From: an uncultured Verrucomicrobiae bacterium | GTDB taxonomy: Bacteria; Verrucomicrobiota; Verrucomicrobiia; Limisphaerales; UBA11358 | DNA length: 64,000 nucleotides | Reading direction: 5' to 3' | NCBI GenBank assembly: GCA_963764175.1 | Contig: CAVXRE010000004.1 | Span: 7,184 to 71,183, forward strand | In this document: positions 59,001 to 64,000 of the stretch, piece by piece | How the letters are laid out: every line of letters begins with the position of its first letter | Numbering within the stretch: position 1 is the first letter of the stretch | Position numbers and translations under genes: made by a program | The notes under the pieces: model-generated | Database searches by the model: none | Told to the model about the DNA's origin: nothing | What the model saw: the letters and a program-made list of their open reading frames with translations, nothing else

Positions 59001-62000
59001 CTGGATCGGCCCATTACGACAGGACAATTTACGTCGGCACTGATGGCAAGGCGCGCTTCGGCGCCTACAACACTGTTACCGCCACTGCCAACATAGCAAC
59101 TTCAACGGCCGCGGTTAATGATGGTAACTGGCATTTTCTGGTCGGGTGCCGGGACAACGTCGCCCAGACCGTGGTTTTGTATGTGGATGGCATCCTCCAG
59201 CAAACTACAGCCAGCAGCGCCGGCCAGTATTATGCCGGTTATTGGAGGATCGGCTCCTACCAGACAGGGGCCGCGACGACTTGGCCCGATAGTGCGAGTG
59301 GATATTTCGCTGGCAGTGTGGACGAGGTGCGGGTGTCCCAAATCGCGCGCAATTCGAACTGGGTGGGTACCGAATACAACAACCAATCCTCGCCGACCAC
59401 TTTCTATTCCGTCGGAACGGAGATGATGAATCCGACCAACGTCACTTCGTTTGCCCAGACGCCTGTGTTTGCTTTGCCGTTCACCATGCCATCCGGCGGC
59501 ACCGTCACCATCACGAATTTCATCACGGTCACCAATGGCACTTTCACGGCGAGTCCCAGCATCACCGCCATGCTGCAAACCAACAACGTTAGTTTCCTGA
59601 CGCTGACCAGCCCCGCTTACACGGGAGCGGCGGGTGTAACCAACCTCGTCTGGACCGGGACTTTGGCGGCCAATGTCACCATTCCTGCCGGCACGAACAT
59701 TACCTACGTCATTTCCAACGGTGTTGCGGGCACCGCCTTCCACGTTAATTATGACAGCACCAACGCGCAGTCCGTGATTGTCCTGCCGGCGTCCACGGTC
59801 ATCGCCGTCAATGCCTTTGGCGTTTACGACGCGCCGTACCCGGGCGGCAACCTGGTCGTCTCGCCGGTGGCCGGTTCCACGGTTTACATCCGGGCCAACG
59901 TAACCGATCCATTCGGCAGCTATGACATCACCAGCCTCGGCCTCGTCGTCACCGGGCCAAGTCCCGGCTCCAGCTTCACCAATGTCCTGACCGGTGGAAA
60001 CGTGGTGACCAATGATAGCTCCTCCAAGACTTACGAATACCCGTGGACCACCGGCCCGTCCGCCGGCAGTTACAACCTCGCCGTGACAGCGCATGAAGGC
60101 ACGGAAGGCGTCACGGCCGTGGCTGCGGCCAGCATCACCGCCACGTTCCTCGACCTCGGCACGCCGAGCACGACGACTTTTACCAGCGGCCCCAATGGTC
60201 CAGCCACCAACAGCTATCCCGCCGGCAGCCTGGTCAGCATCCGGGTGTCGGCCTTGGACAGCATCACCAACCCGGCCGTCCTGCAGACGATCATTGCCAC
60301 TGTCACCAGTAGTATGGGCGATTTGGAAACCATGACCCTTACCGAGACCGCGCCTGACACGGGTGTTTACACCAACTCCATCATCAGCACCAACGTCCCG
60401 GGTGCCACCAACGACGGCATTCTTTATGCGCCGGCGGGTTCCATCCTGACCGCGAGCTACACCGACCCGAATAGTTCGAGTTTCAGTTCCAGTGCCACCG
60501 CCACGGTTCAGCCGCCGCCCGGCGTGCCCGGCGTCGTGATGAGCAAAACCATTCTCTCGCCGTCCGGCGGCCAGGCGATTGCCGGCCAATCCGTTACCTT
60601 CAACCTGCAGGCCGTCAATGTTGGCAGCACCACGTTGCCTAGCTTGAGCATCAGCGACAGTTTCACGTCCGCTCAACTGAACTATTCCTCCGCGAGCCTC
60701 GCGCCCAACATCGTTGCAGCCGGTCTCCTGACTTGGACCAACCTCGGCGCGTTGGTGCCCGGTCAGAGCACGAACATTACCGTCACTTTCACCACCCTTG
60801 GGCCCGGCGCGGTGACAAATTTTGCCACCGCCAACGCTGCAACGGCCACCAACACTTCCTCCGCGAGGTTGCAAGTCAATAACCCTGCGCTGAATGTCAC
60901 GAAAATTTTGCTGAGCCCCACCAACACGCCGGTTCCCGTCGGAAGCAACGTGGTCTTCCGCATCACCATCCAGAACATCGGTAACACCGTCATCACCACA
61001 TTGCCGCTCGAAGACACGTTCAGCGGCGCGTACTATCAATTTGTTTCCTCCACCATCACGAACAATGGCTCCGGCGCGGGCAGCTTGATTTGGACGAACC
61101 TTGCCTACCCGGCGCCGCTCGCGACGAATGCCATCATCACCAACGACATAACGATGCAGGTTGTCGGCCAGGGCAATCCGGCGAACAACACTGCAACCGC
61201 CGATTACGCTGTGGACGCCTTTGGCAATCCCGTGCCGGCATCATCCAGCACGATCGGTGTGATCACCGCCGCCGGACAGATTGCCGGTTACGTTTACAAT
61301 GACATAAATCATAGCGGCGTTTTCACCGCAGGCGACACTCCTCTTGCCGGCGTTACGGTGGAACTTTACACCGATCCAACCGGCACCGGCATGCCCGGTA
61401 CGCTGTTGCAAATCACAACGACTCCCGGGAGCGGTTATTACCAATTCCCGAATCTGAACACCGGCCATTACGTCGTGGTCGCGACGGATTTGCCCGGCTA
61501 TACCAGTTCCGCCCCGCTCAACAACCGTCTTGCCATCAACTTGACGACCCTGACCACCAGCGCAAATAATGATTTCTTCCAATATCAGCCCAGTCCCAAC
61601 CTGTATTCCACCATCTCCGGCACGGTTTGGAATGACATCAACGGCAATGGCACAAACGATGCAGGGGAAACCGGTGTTACCGGTGTTGAACTCGACCTTG
61701 TCCAGGACGTGAACACCAATGGCCTGGCTGATCCCGGCGAACCGGTGGTTGCCAGCGTCACCACCGATACCAATGGAAATTATTCCTTTGTCGATGTCAC
61801 GCCCGGCAACTATGTCATCCGCGAAACGGATCCTTACGGCTACTACAGCACCGGAAGCTCGCAGCACACAAATTACACCCAGATTGCCCTTTCCGTCAGC
61901 GCCACCACCTCCACCAACAATAATTTCTTCATCCGCCTGTCGCCCGTCGCGAACAACGACACCGGTGCTACGCTGGAAAATTCACCGTTGAATGTGAGCG

Positions 62001-64000
62001 CGCCCGGTGTTCTGGGAAATGACACCGAGCCTTACGGGCTTACGATGACCGTGGTGAGCTACACGCAACCGGCAAACGGCGGCGTCACCGTGAGCGCCAA
62101 TGGCGCCTACACTTACACGCCGCTGGCCAATTACAACGGCAGCGACAGCTTCACCTATACGCTTACCAACGGCATCGGCGGCACCGCAACGGCGACTGTC
62201 AACCTGACCGTGACCGCTGTGAACCAGCCGCCGACGCTGAATGCGATCGGCAATCTGACAACCAATGAGAACAGCGGTTTGCAGACCGTGAACTTGAACG
62301 GTATCACGCCCGGGCCGCCGAACGAAAGCAGCCAGATTGTGACCATCACGGCCACGTCGAGCAATCCCTCGGTCGTGCCCAATCCGACCGTCAATTACAC
62401 CAACCCGAATTCAACCGGCACGCTGACGTTTACACCGGTGACGAACACGTTTGGCGCGGCGACGATCACGGTGGTTGTCCAGGACAATGGCGGCACGGCC
62501 AACGGCGGTGTAAACGCCACGACAAACACATTCACGGTCACAATCAACGCCGTCAACCAGCCGCCGAGTTTCACGGCGGGCGCGAATCAGACGGTGCTGG
62601 AAAATGCCGGAACCCAAACTGTGGCCAACTGGGCGACGAGCATCAGCGCCGGGCCGCCGGACGAATCCGGGCAGACGCTGACGTTCCACACATCTGACAA
62701 CAACGGCAGTTTGTTCTCGGTTCAACCGGCAATTTCTTCCAGCGGAACGTTGACCTACACCCCGGCGGCAAATGCAAACGGCAGCGCGACAGTGACGGTC
62801 TATTTGCAGGACAACGGTGGCACCGCCAACGGCGGCCACGACACCAGCCCCACTAACACCTTCACAATCACCGTGACCGCTGTGAACCAGCCGCCGACGT
62901 TGAATGCGATCAGCGATCTGACAACCAATGAGAACAGCGGTTTGCAGACGGTGAACTTGAGCGGCATCACACCGGGGCCGACGAACGAAAGCAGCCAGAT
63001 TGTGACCATCACGGCCACGTCGAGCAATCCCTCGGTCGTGCCCAATCCGACCGTCAATTACACCAACCCGAATTCAACCGGCACGCTGACGTTTACACCG
63101 GTGACGAACACGTTTGGCGCGGCGACGATCACGGTGGTTGTCCAGGACAATGGCGGCACGGCCAACGGCGGTGTAAACGCCACGACAAACACATTCACGG
63201 TCACAATCAACGCTGTGAACCAGCCGCCGACATTAAATCCCATCAGCGACCTGACAATCAACGAAGCTGCAGGCTTGCAGACGGTCAACTTGAGCGGCAT
63301 CACGCCGGGACCGACCAACGAAAACAGCCAGACTGTGACCATCACGGCCACGTCGAGCAATCCGTCATTGATTCCCGATCCGACCGTCAATTACACCAAC
63401 CCGAGTCCGTCCGGCACGCTCACGTTCACGTCGGTGAGCAATGCGCTGGGCACAGCGACGATCACGGTGGTGGCACAGGACAATGGCGGCACGGCCAACG
63501 GTGGCGTTGATTCAGTCACCAACACCTTCACGGTCACGGTGCTGGCGTTGACCAACATCTGGAGTTCCGACGGCACCTTCACGGTGAACGTCAGCGACGC
63601 CACGGGCACGGGTGGCACGGGTTACACGCAGACCAATTACATCGGCTACCTGGACGTGCAGGCGACCAGCACCAATCCGTTCACGATCCTGCTCGGCTCG
63701 CTCAACGGCGGTTCACCCGGTCTTGCGGCGGATTTCAACAACAACTCAAATTATACCTGGACCATCGCCACCACGACGCGCGGCGTGCTGGAGTTTGCCC
63801 CGGCAAAATTCATCGTGGATACCAGCTCGTTTTCGAACGACCTCGCAGGCGGCACCTTCAGTGTCACGACCAACGGCGACACGGTCGATCTGCTGTTCAT
63901 ACCGAATCATTCGCCGGTCGCTTTCCCGATTTCCCTCGGTCGCGCCTGGGGCACGGTGATGCGGATTCCCATCTCGTTTTTGCTGACTAATTACACCACG
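56021..64000 (+). CDS. Giant secreted multidomain surface protein/adhesin, 3' truncated (at least 2660 aa)
   Basis: ATG 56021 with signal-like N-terminus; same frame reads coherently at 58382, 62162 and 63962; DUF11-like, DUF2341 (WSYRQAITI), LamG, SdrD-B-like and Ig/cadherin-like repeats; absent from ORF track because it has no stop in the window. Confidence 0.88.
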   Translation, partial: MKNHSLVTGGRFLRVIPTVCFFAAAALTARAVDLVQEFYLPMPEAQIYQANNSIISGTGSTIASTFSIVVTANGTIIYYDQWEDGYETDLSNPTQPTTQIWGDGNDADGIPPGFAHNPLGLPAGTVITLTNNVTLPRNPSTILWDARDRIAANKAIIITRAAWPVNPGPVFAGAVSVLSTMDYGTNYISPVGQNLTNNLFKYVGMFIMAAQDNTLVTIDPNGNGVGTTNIVLNQGESYLVNGGLLKGGRVTATQPIQADLIIGHVGAGYASDWFTLYPVQEWSSSYYTPVGSAATVNQPAYVYLYNPNTNAITINYNTKVGSGSFSVPGTNGVFQFQMPVGSGAGFVSAGGQNFYALCTVAANNSSDTAYNWGFTLVPQTALTTVADVGWAPGSSDGTVDGSPVWVTTLGNTTVYVDYHGDTNGPITDPDGNRCDTNFTVSTLQSLKIYDPSKNQTGMRVYTVDGTLLTAAWGEDPDVAQPGNPYIDAGTTVLPFPVPVLIKSAVIVTDTPPTGLSVGDTIAYTVTVDNKGLLPLGNTLVIDAPSTNLLYLTNSTTYNGSPIPDSTTGTPFPLDAPGYTIPVILSQGTSTFTYLCKVTAGGAVSNSVNIGGSSIYSQAFLAPPPPNGASVSLNFTDTNGVPLNVYAVGANVFVTMTNAAGNTSSNTMQTISVTVQDLTHGDLETIALLETGTNTGIFRNVVGLPTSASAGLAQQDGILNVTPGDTLSVSYIDPNFGDGATNTAVIQIPTLSKQLYLSVNGSTNGVQDLNRTDPVANGHGPVHTSVDIGGPWSYRQAITINHANVSGTDQTNFPVLINLASNTGLQNHAQASGNDIRFTASDGFTVLPYEREKYTSTNGALVAWVNVPILSHTTDTVLFMYYGNSSASDQQNKTAVWDTNYLGVWHLGQTPTGASGDMADSTAGANNGTSQTIAASAQVPGKIDGSLTLDGTSDYISTATQFPLGQTNVTVQVWAKTTSTTGTKVVGYEVNQTGTGSAHYDRTIYVGTDGKARFGAYNTVTATANIATSTAAVNDGNWHFLVGCRDNVAQTVVLYVDGILQQTTASSAGQYYAGYWRIGSYQTGAATTWPDSASGYFAGSVDEVRVSQIARNSNWVGTEYNNQSSPTTFYSVGTEMMNPTNVTSFAQTPVFALPFTMPSGGTVTITNFITVTNGTFTASPSITAMLQTNNVSFLTLTSPAYTGAAGVTNLVWTGTLAANVTIPAGTNITYVISNGVAGTAFHVNYDSTNAQSVIVLPASTVIAVNAFGVYDAPYPGGNLVVSPVAGSTVYIRANVTDPFGSYDITSLGLVVTGPSPGSSFTNVLTGGNVVTNDSSSKTYEYPWTTGPSAGSYNLAVTAHEGTEGVTAVAAASITATFLDLGTPSTTTFTSGPNGPATNSYPAGSLVSIRVSALDSITNPAVLQTIIATVTSSMGDLETMTLTETAPDTGVYTNSIISTNVPGATNDGILYAPAGSILTASYTDPNSSSFSSSATATVQPPPGVPGVVMSKTILSPSGGQAIAGQSVTFNLQAVNVGSTTLPSLSISDSFTSAQLNYSSASLAPNIVAAGLLTWTNLGALVPGQSTNITVTFTTLGPGAVTNFATANAATATNTSSARLQVNNPALNVTKILLSPTNTPVPVGSNVVFRITIQNIGNTVITTLPLEDTFSGAYYQFVSSTITNNGSGAGSLIWTNLAYPAPLATNAIITNDITMQVVGQGNPANNTATADYAVDAFGNPVPASSSTIGVITAAGQIAGYVYNDINHSGVFTAGDTPLAGVTVELYTDPTGTGMPGTLLQITTTPGSGYYQFPNLNTGHYVVVATDLPGYTSSAPLNNRLAINLTTLTTSANNDFFQYQPSPNLYSTISGTVWNDINGNGTNDAGETGVTGVELDLVQDVNTNGLADPGEPVVASVTTDTNGNYSFVDVTPGNYVIRETDPYGYYSTGSSQHTNYTQIALSVSATTSTNNNFFIRLSPVANNDTGATLENSPLNVSAPGVLGNDTEPYGLTMTVVSYTQPANGGVTVSANGAYTYTPLANYNGSDSFTYTLTNGIGGTATATVNLTVTAVNQPPTLNAIGNLTTNENSGLQTVNLNGITPGPPNESSQIVTITATSSNPSVVPNPTVNYTNPNSTGTLTFTPVTNTFGAATITVVVQDNGGTANGGVNATTNTFTVTINAVNQPPSFTAGANQTVLENAGTQTVANWATSISAGPPDESGQTLTFHTSDNNGSLFSVQPAISSSGTLTYTPAANANGSATVTVYLQDNGGTANGGHDTSPTNTFTITVTAVNQPPTLNAISDLTTNENSGLQTVNLSGITPGPTNESSQIVTITATSSNPSVVPNPTVNYTNPNSTGTLTFTPVTNTFGAATITVVVQDNGGTANGGVNATTNTFTVTINAVNQPPTLNPISDLTINEAAGLQTVNLSGITPGPTNENSQTVTITATSSNPSLIPDPTVNYTNPSPSGTLTFTSVSNALGTATITVVAQDNGGTANGGVDSVTNTFTVTVLALTNIWSSDGTFTVNVSDATGTGGTGYTQTNYIGYLDVQATSTNPFTILLGSLNGGSPGLAADFNNNSNYTWTIATTTRGVLEFAPAKFIVDTSSFSNDLAGGTFSVTTNGDTVDLLFIPNHSPVAFPISLGRAWGTVMRIPISFLLTNYTT
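62208..63230 (+). repeat. Intragenic direct repeat, about 360 bp, offset 663 bp
   Basis: 62208-62567 versus 62871-63230; the 3' ~230 bp appear identical; diverged third copy about 63213-63540. Confidence 0.9.

Noticed and set aside
59102..61039. 645-aa minus-strand ORF (also 56714-58159, 481 aa)
   Set aside because: Antisense shadows of the giant plus-strand gene; no recognisable motifs
62208..63540. CRISPR array or DGR repeat
   Set aside because: Repeats are long, in-frame coding domains without spacers; differences are not adenine-specific

Overview
GC-rich bacterial chromosomal window, probably from a Verrucomicrobiota (Pedosphaera/Limisphaerales-like) organism. The taxonomy is inferred from gene content and style and has not been verified. 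Gene order: end of a MoxR-associated Bat-type operon (DUF58, BatA, BatB-TPR, Q-rich protein); lptF-like permease; SDR; tRNA-Ala(CGC); propeller sensor kinase plus NarL regulator; a small AT-rich islet with an archaeal-type CTP-riboflavin-kinase-like gene; cdsA-(four-helix-bundle gene)-dxr-rseP-ispG; multi-PAS hybrid kinase; yajC-secDF-terC-recJ-ispD-ctpA-tsaD-hrpB-trxB; gap; accD, comF and CAAX protease; an atypical Ser/Thr kinase; a four-gene WXG100-like/FtsK (type VII-like) operon; an L-arabinose cluster; and the 5' 8 kb of a giant adhesin-like gene missing from the ORF track. Three signals stand out. (1) A compact type-VII-like operon with W-x-D proteins in a diderm. (2) Inverted 6/7/8-mer tandem-repeat hairpins wedged between stop and start codons. 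One copy encloses a four-helix-bundle gene in a perfect 21-bp inverted repeat, and an empty copy pairs fully only with G.U wobbles and buries the terC AUG. (3) REP-like palindromes and heptamer arrays inserted in frame into conserved proteins (DUF58, BatB, SDR, IspG, RecJ, HrpB). No CRISPR, integrase, transposase or reverse transcriptase was seen.
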